From the human T2T-CHM13v2.0 reference genome, Homo sapiens, in NCBI RefSeq assembly GCF_009914755.1, contig NC_060931.1: a stretch of DNA of 64,000 nucleotides; one strand, given 5' to 3'. The position numbers were made by a program, and so were the translations under genes. The notes under the pieces were generated by a model. The model was not told where the DNA came from, searched no databases, and worked only from the letters and a program-made list of their open reading frames with translations. Every line of letters starts with the position of its first letter. Positions within the stretch are counted from its first letter, which is position 1. Shown here piece after piece: positions 41,881 to 59,546 of the stretch.

Positions 41881-44100
41881 GTAACTTTCCCTATCACTCA
41901 ACTCTCAAGTTCCCTGTATTCCCAAAGTATTCTCCTTTACTTTCCAGTTTAAGGTGATGTTTTCTTCAAAGATTATTTAGGGCTATAATAGGTAAGTATG
42001 TAAATTCCAACCTTGGTATTTTAATGTCCTCATATGCTGAGGATATATAAAGAGACATATGTAACAATAATGCTACATAAATGTACACTGTTACAGAAAT
42101 ACATCACAATGGATTTTTCTTTGTGCCATTAAAGAAAACAACCTTAATTCACCGTCAGACCACATGCTGGAGCCATTTTCCTCACTATGATAATGGATTT
42201 TTTTCTTCCTCATTCCCATTCTGTTTCTTAGTCAATACTTTTTAGTATTGCTTCTCAAGATTGTTGTGCAGTCAGTGACCATGGAACATAGAGAGCTGTG
42301 AAGTATAGAAACTATTGTATAACATAATCTCCACAGGTACAGAAATAAGTATGATTTTAGCAATGGCCTGTACCAATGAAGAGTTCATCAGTTTTACAAA
42401 GAAGAATGCATTTCAGAAGAGAAAAGACAGGAAAGATTTCTTGTAAACGTATAATAATTAAGACAGTGTGGTATTGGGGAAGGTGTTAGAAAAATTAACT
42501 CATTGAAAAGAATGGAAATCCCCGATAAATACATCCAGCCGTATATGGTAACTTGATTTATGACTGGGACACTGCATTTTCGTGGAAAAAGAATGGTGCT
42601 GGGATAGAATAAAGTAAATGTCACCTGCTTTCCCCTGCAAATCTTAGCACTGAAAATCAAATGGTAACAGCCTTTTGCTCTTTCTCAGCCAAAGATTTTA
42701 TGTGACTCTTCAACAATGTTACTGCAAAATATGAAGGTTTATAGTGAGATGGTTCCGACATAAATTAGTGTCTTAGGTACAAAAGAAATATGGACACATA
42801 TCTCAGAGACATATCCTGTGCAGGTCCCAGTTGATTGAGTCCTTATAAAGGCATACTGAGTTATTTGGACTTTATCGTAAGGACAATGGGAAACTTTAGG
42901 TGTGGAGGGGGAGATGAATAGGAAAGGAGGATGGGTTGGGTATTAACCAGGGAAAGGTCAGGTTTGTGAAATGAGATGGTTAAGTTCCAAGGCAAGAAAT
43001 TATGATGGCAGTACGTATAGATAGAAATTTAAAGACTTTCAAGTTTTAATGAATAAAATCAACAGGATATAGTGATTGGTTGCATATGACAGTTGTAGAA
43101 GAGAGATGTGGGAAGTTGATAACACAATTTATGACTTAAACGATGGCTGTTGAATGAGGTAAGGAACACTAGAAGAAAATGTTTTGGACATACTTATGTT
43201 AAGGAAACTGGCCACCTTAGGTTTGTGATACATTGGAAGCATCTAGGTTTTCAGGAATGCTACTTATTATTAGTAAATATTTGTAATTTAATAAATATAT
43301 AAGCACATACATTATATGAAGTGTAGCATATAAAAATTTTAGAATACCAGCAAATAAAAATACAAAAATGAAGACATTGCTTTTCTTCTACCCAGATCAC
43401 TATTGTACTCTTAGCGCATATTCATCCATATTTTTCTATGCACAAATGTACATATATAATTTTTTTACTAATTTGAGATTTTGCACAAACTGTTTTAACT
43501 TACTCTTTTTTTAAGTTATTGATTTCTAATTTTCTGTTTCAGTGAACTTCCATCTCATATAATACACACACCATATTCAGACTTCTCCATTTGATACCAC
43601 AATATTATTTACAGGTGGTTTGTACATATAAGTGTCCAGTTTAGGTCCATGTGTGGCAGCTGGTTGCACCATACCTTTTCCCCTTGATTATGACATTGAC
43701 CTATTGAAAAGACCAGGCTATTGTCCTGCAGAATGTTCCACCCCCGGATTTGTTTAGTTACTTCCCTGTGGTGTTGATGTTATTTCTTCTATTTCCTATA
43801 AACAGAAGTTCTATCTAAAAAGTTGATGATTCAAGTTGATTATTTGGAGCTAGAATACATCTTAAGTGATACGATGCAACATGAATTAAACTGCATTAGA
43901 AGATGTGTAATACCTTTTGGCCCACCACAGGGCTGAGATTGGTCCTTTGATTAAAGGTGGTGATGGCCTAATCCTTTCTTTGATTACTGGGAAGTAATCA
44001 ATTGTGTTTTTATCTTAACATTATACAAATTCTGTTCTCTATCAACCATGTACCTACTGATGAACACAAGTTAATAATCCTTGCCTAAATCAATATTTTC

Positions 44101-47575
<3,475 letters not shown>

Positions 47576-48273
47576 TAGAGGTTGCAAAATGACGTTTTTC
47601 TGTTCTACATTATTAGCTAGTATTCTTCCATAATGTAGAGCTTCTCATCAACTGGGCTGCTTAGTGCATTTCTACTGAAGAGGCAGGAATGTACTTGATC
47701 CTTCCTTTTACTAAGTTTCAAAGTGAAGAGCTGTTTAAAATTGCAGTTTCAAGTGGTAACAAATGAGTTTTTTCAGTCTTTTTTTAAATAGCATTGTGGA
47801 TCTATGGATTTTTTATTCAGTGTTTTAATCTTTTACAATCCCTACTTTTGATTTTCAAATTGCCGTGACTTTGACGAGTTGTGGGCAAATTTTTACTATA
47901 AAAATCTGAAGCACATGAGATTTCTGAACTAGAGATAGAAATTTAAGAGTTGTCAATGCATAAGTAGTGGCTCAAGTCACAGGAGTAAATGAAACTGCCA
48001 AAGGAGGATATAGGGTGGAAAACTAAGCAGCGCAGGTTAGCAACTTCCAGCATTTATAGGAAGAATCCTTACATATGGATTTATGAGTTGTTTTATTGAA
48101 TTTTTTTCTCCAGTGTTTCACAAATTGTTTTATGAAATGACCAGAAATTACCAATTATCCTGATTGCTTTTTTCCCGAACCTGTTAATATTTGCTTCTTT
48201 CTATTTTGATTTATTGTTTTTGAACTTGAATTCTATCCAGCCCCTCAAGAATGTTAACTTATCTTTATGTTGA

Positions 48274-48954
<681 letters not shown>

Positions 48955-49623
48955 TCAAAACCACCCATGCTGGTAGCACATACATAGTAAGTATAGGAGG
49001 TAAAAAAAATACGTTATATTCGGGACTATTACTGACTTGTTTTTTTGCTCAAAAAATGTTCCTTTTATAAACTAAAACCTTTATTGGTAATATAAAATTT
49101 TTTGTCACTGATATAAGATGCTAATATTTATCCATTTTCTGTTGGACATCTTTTAACAGACGTTTTCTACATATAAAAAGTATATCATATTACTAACATA
49201 GCAATGTTAGGTAAAAATGTCATTTGAATTTGAATTTTTATGGTATTTTAGTAAATAGGATTGATGGTAAATATTGAATGATATGATGACAGTGGTGGCA
49301 ATAAAACCCAGTACCTTCATTGCACCAGACTGGAAACCTAGGTTCAGTTTCCAGTGAACTTGCCAGTTTTTAAAAAGCATCACTAATATCTCTTCATATC
49401 TCAAAGAAGGAATATAATATTGTTTGATGATAATAAAACTATATATTTTTATATCTCTTAAAAATTATATATTTATTTGATCAACCTGATATTTGGGAAT
49501 TTAATACCATGTGCCTTGGAAATTTTTAGTACTCCATTGGAATAATGAAATAACAAAGTACTTTTAGTAACAAATTTCATCCACATATCATAAATAACCA
49601 CAGGCTATTTTGACTCCTTATAG

Positions 49624-49776
49624 TCACTGTTGGAGGCCCATGATATTGTGGCATCAAAGTGTTATGATTCACCTCCATCAAGCCCAGAAATGAATAATTC
49701 TTCTATCAATAATCAGTTATTACCAGTAGATGCCATTCGTATTCTTGGTATTCACAAAAGAGCTGGGGAACCACTG
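49624..49776 (+). CDS. PALS2: PALS2/MPP6 coding exon, aa 91-141 (SLLEAHDIVASKCYDSPPSSPEMNNSSINNQLLPVDAIRILGIHKRAGEPL), end of second L27 and start of PDZ
   Basis: Absent from the ORF track and translated by hand. Acceptor ctccttatAG|TCA, donor CTG|GTGAGT. 153 nt, no stop. Confidence 0.96.
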
Positions 49777-50496
49777 GTGAGTACAGATAAATCAGTACCC
49801 TATTAAATCTGAAATATGACATAATTTGTGGTTCAGTCACTACTCTGTTTCATTTTTTTTCCTTTTCATAATGTTATGAAAACTGTATTCTTGTTTGGCC
49901 TGTGTATAAAGACACAGCTGATGCTTTCTCAACTTGGTTTAGCCTGCAAAATTTAACTAAAATGAAAAGTTAAACTGAGCTAGAAGTAGAAATATGGCAA
50001 GGGGTAGCAAAAAATTTCAGAAGATGACTATTATGTTTCTTCCTACCCTTTGAAGACATGAACTACCCTTTGAAGAAATACTGACAGTATCAAAATATAA
50101 AAAGAAGTTGTTATTAAAAATTGAAGCCATACTAGGACTCTCTAAGTAGTGAAGTTTACTATTCCTTGGTAAAATTATTACTTCTGGATCCTGACTATAA
50201 GAACAGTGAGTGCAAAAAAGGAAAAGCCAGGAATAAGTCCATCAGAATGCACAAATACCTTTTCCTGCTCTCTCGAGTTTCCATTTAGCCTGTAAGATAC
50301 ATCCTATCCACTAGTGTAATAAACTATACTAGTACACAGTTTAATGGGAGTGAAATATTGAGACAGGAGAGAACATGGGAAAAGTAAGAATGATTCATTT
50401 TACCTAGTTTTAGAATTATTTTCTTACATATGCTCATGAATATTTAAGCATTTCTCCCTAATAATTAATGAGAAATCTGTTTCTTATTTTTCATAG

Positions 50497-50724
50497 GGTG
50501 TGACATTTAGGGTTGAAAATAATGATCTGGTAATTGCCCGAATCCTCCATGGGGGAATGATAGATCGACAAGGTCTACTTCATGTGGGAGATATAATTAA
50601 AGAAGTCAATGGCCATGAGGTTGGAAATAATCCAAAGGAATTACAAGAATTACTGAAAAATATTAGTGGAAGTGTCACCCTAAAAATCTTACCAAGTTAT
50701 AGAGATACCATTACTCCTCAACAG
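50497..50724 (+). CDS. PALS2: PALS2/MPP6 coding exon, aa 142-217 (GVTFRVENNDLVIARILHGG...SYRDTITPQQ), PDZ domain
   Basis: Acceptor tttttcatAG|GGT, donor CAG|GTTAGT. 228 nt with the PDZ motif LHVGDIIKEVNG. Confidence 0.97.
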
Positions 50725-51369
50725 GTTAGTAATAAAATTTTTGGTAGTATTAAAAATACTTTCATGTTTTTAATCACAGTGTTGGAAATAACTATCAGTT
50801 GCTACTATTTTGCTAAAGAAAAGAGAAAAAATTGATTTGAGTGTTCTGAAATGGCTTATTTTGTCATGGGTGAATTTTTGAATTTTTAAACAATGCTATT
50901 TTACTATTGTAAAGGAAATAGTAGATTTCTTCATTAACACCAGGAACCCTGGCATAATAGTAACCTACAGCTAGGTATCAGAAGAACCATAAAGTCTTTG
51001 AATTACTAATCTAGTAAACATTTCTGACAGCTGTTATGTTCAGGCATTGTATTAGGCCCTGGGAGAGGATAAAAATGCAGTCCAGATCACCTCCAGCTTA
51101 GTGTTTGTGTCATGGGTGAAATGACTGATGAGGCCAGAAAAGAGGATGGGTATAAAGAAAATCTTGGACCCCTGGTTTGCACACATTTGATCTGTATTTT
51201 AAAACTAATTTTAGGTAAACTAGGTAATTGAACGGGAAAATGTTTTAGTTATAGAGATTGTCTAGACTCGGTATGTTAAGTGAATTCAAAAAGAAGAGAG
51301 ATGAGATTATGTAACCAGGTGGCAGATTTTTGAAGGTGTGAGGTGATTTGTGAACAACAGCTCTAATGA

Positions 51370-51560
51370 ATGGTTAAGATGACCACTTAGGTTCAAATAC
51401 CAGTGCTGCCAGTTATCAGCTTACCTTCTCTGTGCTTCATTTTTCTCATCTATATAGTTAGGGATAAAATTTGTTTTCTCAAAAGATTGTTATGAGGATT
51501 AAACGAGTTAATTCATGTAATGCTCTCACAGCAACACCTGGCACATAATGAGTGCTCAAG
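51370..51560 (+). mobile_element. MIR
   Basis: TAGGTTCAAATACCAGTGCTGCCA...CTCTGTGCTTCATTTTTCTCATCTATA...GTTATGAGGATTAAACGAG...CCTGGCACATAATGAGTGCTCAA. Confidence 0.75.
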
Positions 51561-53099
51561 AAGTGGCTGCACTTGCTGTGGTGATGACGCAGTAGTGGTG
51601 AAATGGAACCGTAAAGAAAGAAAAAGAAATTGCGGAGGAAGAATTGAAAATTATGATAGGAGTGTTGGAACCAAAGAGAGGGTTTTCAAGCCTAAGTAAT
51701 GTAGAAGTAGATGCCTCTAATGCTTAGGTTTATTCCAGAAATTTATTGTTTGATGTATGAATGAAATTATAAGTTTTCTTACATAAGATACTGCCAGTGT
51801 ATCTTATTTCATATTGTTAAAATGAGAGTTTAAAAGTCTAGTTCTTACATTTCCATACAGTTATTTGAAATAACATTTCATTGAATGTCTATTTTAAACT
51901 GTTCTTTCAAAGGTAAGGATAGATTATTTAGTCATTAATATTAGCATGTAAATTGAACTTATGAAAATAGATAGGCTTGTAATTAACTTTGGTTGAAATG
52001 AAGGTAGTTTTGTGGTCCTCAAGGAAAAGAATTGTGAAAAATAAATGATATTAGTACTTAGACATTTCATATCACTAGTACCTCTCAGGCTACCTTTATT
52101 CCTCAGTTGGCAACTTTCAATTTGTGACAGCCTGAGGCCTTATCTTGGACCTGCGTACGCTGGAAGAGTAAAATCTAGGATTTACGTATTTTATTTATTA
52201 TTATGTGTTAGTTGTAGTAGGAAGATCTTATTTTCCTTCTGTGGTCTAAACTCCAGAATTCTTCTAGCTCACCATGGCTATAAGAGACTTTTACAGGCAA
52301 AATAAAATTTTATAATATTAATAACTAGGGCTTTGGCCCAAATTCCTACATAGATTTTGCATCTGGTGAACTAACTGAATACCATGAAATGCAAGGACAT
52401 TTAGCCTTGTTTAAACATAAGTTTTCCACATTCCATACCCTCTCAAACTCTGCTTTTCACTTAGCATTTAGAGCTGGGGAAATGAATTCAAGTAGGAGAG
52501 GAGGAGTCTTATAAGTCCGAGGTAGCCTGAGGCGTGTCCTCCCATAAAGAAGTAAAGAAACTATAACATGAAGGCTTCCAAAAGAACATCCAAATTGAGA
52601 CTTTTTTTTTTTTAAATGAAAAGGGGAACATTACTCATATGCTGGAATAATAGGCATAAACCAGGGCATCTGCAAACCATGGGCATCCTACTGAGATGCT
52701 ATAGGGAAGCAAGGGCATTTTGCGTCTTCAACTCTTTCACTAAAATCTCCACCATGTAGTGCTGTGGAGCTAGTCTCAGCTCTGGATTGCTGCAAGAGCA
52801 AATGAAAGCCAAGAACTCTTCCCTACCACGGTAATGTTTTTCAAAAGCATAGTCAGTAGATGATCTTTATCAGAATCGTTTCAGGTGCTTGGTAAAAGTC
52901 CAGAATCTGCTATGGGACATAAGTATCTATGTTTTAAATTTTGAGGGCCAGAGTGAGTTAGAAGTAGCCAATTCTGAAGTTCTTCAACTTTCTTATAGCT
53001 TAGATTTCCGGGGGCTATTCGTAATTCCATTTGTTTATTAAGGCCAACTGATAGGAATTCTCTCTTATTCTTTGGAACCAACATGACCTGGACAACTAG

Positions 53100-55020
53100 A
53101 AACAATATAAGAAAATATATTACAGGACTGTTTCATTCAAGGATATACATTAAAAATTCTCAACAAAATATTAGCAAATCAGATTTGATTGTGTATATAA
53201 CAAAGATGATACAACATATCCAAGTTAGATTTATTATCCCAGGTATGCTAGGAGAGTTTCATATTAGAAAATCCATATGTATGTAACTAAGCACATTACC
53301 AGATGAAAAGAGAATAACCTCAATGGAGAATTTGATAAAATTCAATGATTTTTAAAAAATGATTAGTAAATTAGGAACAGAAGGGAAAAGCCTTAATTTT
53401 ATTACAAAAAAAAAAAATAGAACAAACATTATTCTGAATTAACTAATGTTAGAAGCTTTCCCTTTAAAGTCAGAAACTGGCCTTGCAGCTGGTCTGCCTG
53501 AGACCTCTAGTGCCAACCCCAATACCCCACGAAGTTTAATTTCCACTCACGAAATTCCACTTTCGTTTTCATTATAAAATGAAAAAGCCCTCACAAACCA
53601 TGAAAAACTTGCCAGATTTCAAGCACAATTGTGCACTGGTAAAAAGGAACTGCCCTCAGATGATACAGCAAACATTATCTGTTAAAACAGATGATAAAAA
53701 AAATCTTCAGTTTTCCTGAAAGAAAGTAGAAATAGGCAATATCTCTGATACTAAAGAGGTATGTCTGCAAACCAAGGAATGGTGATCTTCATTAACAATC
53801 CCAGTGTTCAGACATCTCTAGCAGCGAACACTTTGACCATTACCAGACATGCTGAGACAAAGCAGCTAACAGAAATGCCACCCAGTGTCTTAAACCAGCT
53901 TGGTGTCAACAAGCTTAAGGAAACTGGCAGAAGCTGGATGGAAAAGTACCACTTACTATTGGGGAAGTGGTGATCTTGTTCAGAATTTTGATGAAGCTTC
54001 CAACAGTGAGGCAAACTGAATTGATTCAGCTTCTAAAAAATAATACAATTTCAAGAATTTTAACTGCTTTTAAAATTTTTGTTTTATATATGATAAAATG
54101 TAAGTCTATAAATTCCAAGACCCTTGGACACTGCTTTTTAATTATTGATTATATACAGTTATTTATTGGCAATTAATTAGCCAGAAAATAGTTTAAAACA
54201 AAGATAAAGCCTTTGCCTAGTTAAAAAAAAAAAAAGAAACTAGAGAAGGATGCTCACTAGCACCACTTATATTTAATATTTTCTTGAAGGATCCATAAGT
54301 ACAGTATGACAAAAATAAATTATACAAGCAAAATGTTTGGAAAGGAGGCAATAAAACTTATTTACAAATATGATCATGTTTTTGCATAGAAACCCCTCAA
54401 AACTACAACTTATTAGAAATAATAGAGTTTACCAAGGTACCTGAAAATAAGATGAAGACACAAAACTCAATTGCATTTCTGTATGTCATCAGCAAACGTC
54501 TAGAAATGTAACTATGACATCATTTATAGTAGAGTCAGAGAATGTCACATTTATGTCTAGGAATAAATTAACCAAAAAAATTCAAGACCTCTACACAAAG
54601 GAATTATGAAGAGGATCTAAATAAGCAGGTATATCATGTCATGGACAGGAAGACAATATTGTGAAGATGTTGATTTTTCACTCATTAACTTGTAGATTTA
54701 ATGGAATTCCAGTCAAAACAGGGTTTTCCATGGAATTTGATAAGATGAATAGCCAAGACACTTTTGAATCAGAAAAGCAGGAATGGGGTCTGATTATTAA
54801 TATGTAGGAATTAAGATATTGTGATGTTGGCATAGGAAGAGACAGCATGATCAATGGACTTTTAGAGAGCTCAGAAAGAGACCTACACATACATATTACT
54901 TTGATATGTGACAGAGATAATGTTTTTCAATGTGGAAAGGAGATGATGCAATGAATGGGGGGAACCTGGTTATTCTAGGGATACTGTTTGAAATTGTGTT
55001 TCACTCTACACAGAAAAATC
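53100..55020 (+). mobile_element. Ancient L1M ORF2 fragment, host of the BTF3 retrocopy
   Basis: AACAAAATATTAGCAAATC...GAAGCTTTCCCTTTAAAGTCAGAAACT | AGAAGGATGCTCACTAGCACCACTTATATTTAA is collinear with L1 RT across the pseudogene. Confidence 0.75.
53481..54234 (+). pseudogene. BTF3 (NAC-beta) processed pseudogene, degraded
   Basis: Translated pieces [45 protein letters not shown] and QNFDEASNSEAN* (TGA 54017-54019) match BTF3. ATG-equivalent at 53579, intronless, frameshifted, poly(A) about 54223-54235, and TSD-like AGAAACTGG (53472-53480) / AGAAACTAG (54235-54243). Confidence 0.9.
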
Positions 55021-55642
55021 AAGTAAAAGGGGACATGTGTTCAGTAAACATATAAAGATATATTGAAAATCATAATGTGATATACCATTAAGTTGGTAAA
55101 AATTATAGCTGTGAATCAACAGCATCTTTTCTACATTGCTGGTGGCAGTGTGTATTGGTATAAACACATTGGGGAGAAAAGTTTAATGTCTCTTAGAGTT
55201 AAATATTCACATATATCAAGCTGCAGTAATTCCCTAGAGCAATTCTTACGTATGTACAGCTGGAAACATGTTAATAAGCATATAAACCCCAAAAGATTAC
55301 ATGCATATAGCATGATACTATTTTTTTACGTTTAAAATAACTATATAAAGAGTACGTATAGATGCAGTAGAACTATAATCAAAATGTAAAGCAAGGAGTT
55401 TGTGAACCCAGGATTCAGGGTGAAGTGTGCCTTGGTTGGGGAAACCGAATGATGGGATGGGATGGAATGAGGGCAGGAGAATCAAGTAGGATTTTAATGT
55501 TAGTTTTAGGTGGCAAGTGCATAGCTGTCTATTATATTATTAAAACTAATTGAATCGACAAAAGCAGTCCTTGCACGAACCAGTGATATAAACTTAAGAA
55601 TTATGATTAGTATAATTTTGGCCTAGGTTAGTAGTTAGTAGA

Positions 55643-55847
<205 letters not shown>

Positions 55848-56394
55848 TGATTTTTAAAATAAAATTTTTTATTTGGCTGAGGCTTCAATTTGTGGCCCTC
55901 AGGTATTTATCAGAAAGGAACGTGGATTGCCCTTCAAAACTTTTTTAACCAAACATACCTTCTTGTTATCTTGCTGTTATCAAAAATGTGTGTGTACATC
56001 TGTATTTAACGAAGTAGACCAAGTTCGTACACTGAAAATTTTTAGAAAAAGAGCATCCTTCCTTGATCATCTCAGCTAGTGTCATGGAAAATCTCTTAGC
56101 AATGATAATCACTTTGTTCACCATCTTGTCACTCACTCTGAAATGCAGATTCAGATGGGCCTGGAACTATGGTTTAAGAAGTAGGTTCAATAAGCAACAT
56201 TTGCACCATGTTTAGCCAACACATTCCCAAATGAATTACTAGCCACCTTCTGATTTAACATCAGGGTCAAGGTGGAGCTGTTTTTCTAGCCGTTTCATCC
56301 ATTTAATTTTTCTCCCACTAATTATTGTCATTTGCATAAGCATAGTGTATTCCTGTGCAATATTTCCTCAATACTTTTACTGTTTTTATCTTTA

Positions 56395-57985
56395 CTTTTA
56401 AAAATATCCTTGAGATAAAGTTTATATAAATAACATAAAGTGTACAATTTGATACATGTGGACATACATAATATACCCATGAAGTCAACACAATTGAGAT
56501 GATGAACACTCCCAGAAATTTATTTGTGTCCATTTCTTTCTCTTTTTTTTTGAGACAGGGCCTCACTCCGTCACCCAGGCTGGAGTGCAGTGACATGATC
56601 ACAGCTCACTGCAGCCTCAGCCTCCCAGGGCTCAGATAATCCTTCTACCTCAGCCTTCTGAGTAGCTGGGACCACAGGCATGCACCACCACACCCGGCTA
56701 ATATTTGTATTTTTTCTTTTTTTTTGTAGAGACAGGGTTTCGCTACATTGTCTAGGCTGTCTTGAACTCCTGTGCTCAAGCGATCTGCCTGCCTCAGCCT
56801 GCTAAAGTGCTAGGATTACCGGCATAAGCCATTGCTCCCGGCCTCCCAGCTTCTTTGTGTCCACTTCTCATTCTTCCCTCCTACTCCCTTTCTCTCTACC
56901 ACCCCTGACTCCAGGCAGCTACTGCTCTGCTTTTTGTCACTTTAAATTATTTTGCATTTTCCTTATTTTTATATAAATGGAATACCTGTATTCTTTTTTG
57001 GATTTTGTTTGATTCGTTTGTTTAGCTTCCCTCACTCAGCATAGTTGTTTGGAGATTCATTCATGTTATGTATATTGATAGTTCATTTCTTTTTATTGAC
57101 AAGTGATATTCCATTGCATGGCTGTACCACAGTTTGTTTATCCATTACCTGGCTGATGAACATTTTTTTGTTACCAGTATGGGGCTTTTACAAATAAAGC
57201 TGCTATGGACATTTACATGTAAGTCTCTTGAGTATATACCAGGGGTTGAAGGATTGAGTCATATGGTAGGTATATGTTGTACTTTTGAAGAAATGACTAA
57301 ACCGTTTTCAAAAGTTAGTATAACAACTTAAATTTCCACCAACATTATATGAAAGTTCCAATTACTCTACATTTTGGGCAACATGTGGTATGGTCAGTCT
57401 TTAAAATTTTAGCCATTCTAATAGTGTGTAGTGGTATCTCACTGTGATTTTAATTTGCATTTTCCTAATAACTAATAATATTGAACATGTTTTTATGTGT
57501 TTATTTGCCATACTTCTGTGCACTTTGGCGAAGTGTCTTCAAATATTTTGTCCATTTTTTGTTGAATTGTTTTTCTTAGTTTTGAGTATTCTTTATGTAT
57601 TCATTATACAAGTGCTTCATCAGAATTGGGATTTGCCAGGACTTTCTTCCAGTCTCTATCTTGTCTTTTCATTCTCTTAACAATGTCATTCAAAGAGCAG
57701 AAGTTCTGAATTTTGATGAAATCCAATTTATGATTTTTTTTCTTTGAGTCATCCTTTTGTGGCTTTAAGAAGTCCTTGTATAACCTAAGGTCATGAAGAT
57801 TTTCTCCAATTTGTTTTCTACAAGTTTTACAGTTCTATCTATGCTGTACCTCTGAGTCTATGATACGTGTACTGTATGTTAATTTTTATATAGGATGTGA
57901 GGAAAGGATCAGAGTTTATATTTTGCATATGAATATTCAATTTTTCCAGCTCAGTTTGTTGAAAAGACTATTTCTTTCATCAAAT
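56395..57985 (-). mobile_element. L1MC/MD-like 3' end, interrupted by AluJ
   Basis: TTGAGATAAAGTTTATATAAA...CACTCAGCATA...GGAGATTCATTCATG...TTTTAGCCATTCTAATAG. Confidence 0.75.
56543..56843 (-). mobile_element. AluJ
   Basis: GATCACAGCTCACTGCAGCCTC and GCTCAAGCGATC diagnostics. Confidence 0.9.
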
Positions 57986-58380
57986 TTAGAAAAACTTTGA
58001 CAATAATTTCTTCAGACATTTTTTTCTATTTTTCTGTTTCTCCTGTCCTTTGGTGACTGTAGTTACATGTATATTAGGCCCATTGAAGTTGTCCCATGGG
58101 TCACTGATTAGTTCATTTATTTCAGCCTTTTTTCTCTGTATTTTTCATGTTGGATGTTTTCTATTGTTTTGTTTTCAAGTTTACTAATCTTTTCTTTTGC
58201 AATGTCTAATCTGCTATTAATCACACCTAGTGGGTATTTTTCATCTCAGATATTTTGGCTTTCATTTCTAGAAGTTCAGATTGGGTCTTTTTTATATCTG
58301 CATGTGTTTAATAGACTTAATCCTTCCTATAGTTTCTTGAACCATGAATATAATATGTAAAGTTGAAACAATTACTGTAA

Positions 58381-58866
<486 letters not shown>

Positions 58867-59546
58867 CTTCCAACTTCTAGGTTCAAGGGGTATGTGTACA
58901 GGTCTGTTACATGGATAAATTGCATGTTTCTGGAGTGTAGTGCACAAATGATTTTGTCACCCAGGTAGTGAGCATGATACCTGATAGGTAGTTTTTCAGT
59001 CCTCACCCTCCTCTTATCCTCTGCCTTCAAGTAAGCCCCAGGGTCTGTTGTTCCCCTCTTTGTGTCGATATGTACTCAATGTTTAGCACCCACTTACAAG
59101 TGAGAACATGCAATAATCTGGTTTTCTGTTCCTGCATTAATTGGCTTAAGATAATGGCCTCCAGCTATGTCCATGTTGCTTAAAGGACATTTTATTCTTT
59201 TTATGGCTGCATAGTATTCCATGATGTATATGTACCAAATTTTCTTTATCCAGTCCACCATTATTGGGCGCCTAGGTTGATTTCATATCTTTGCTGTTGT
59301 GAAAAGTGCTATGATGAACATATGTGTACATGTGTCTTTATGGTAGAATGATATATATTCCTTTGGGTATGTACCCAGTAATGGGATTGCTGGGTCAAAT
59401 GATAGTTCCGTTTTAAGTTCTTTGAGAAATCTCCAAAGTGCTTTCCACAGTGGCTGAACTAATTTACATGTCCACTAGCGGTTCCCTTTTCTCTGCAACT
59501 TTGCCAACATCTGTTATTTTTTGACATTTTAGTAATAACCATTCTT
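58867..59546 (-). mobile_element. L1PA15/16-like 3' end
   Basis: GGTTCAAGGGGTATGTGTACAGG...GTCACCCAGGTAGTGAGCAT...CCCACTTACAAGTGAGAACATGC. Confidence 0.85.

Noticed and set aside
42689-42736. In-frame 48-nt pseudo-exon (ccttttgctctttctcAG|...AAG|GTTTAT, PKILCDSSTMLLQNMK)
   Set aside because: The donor is weak, it would split the second L27 domain, and I recognise no homology. Likely chance unless junction reads exist.
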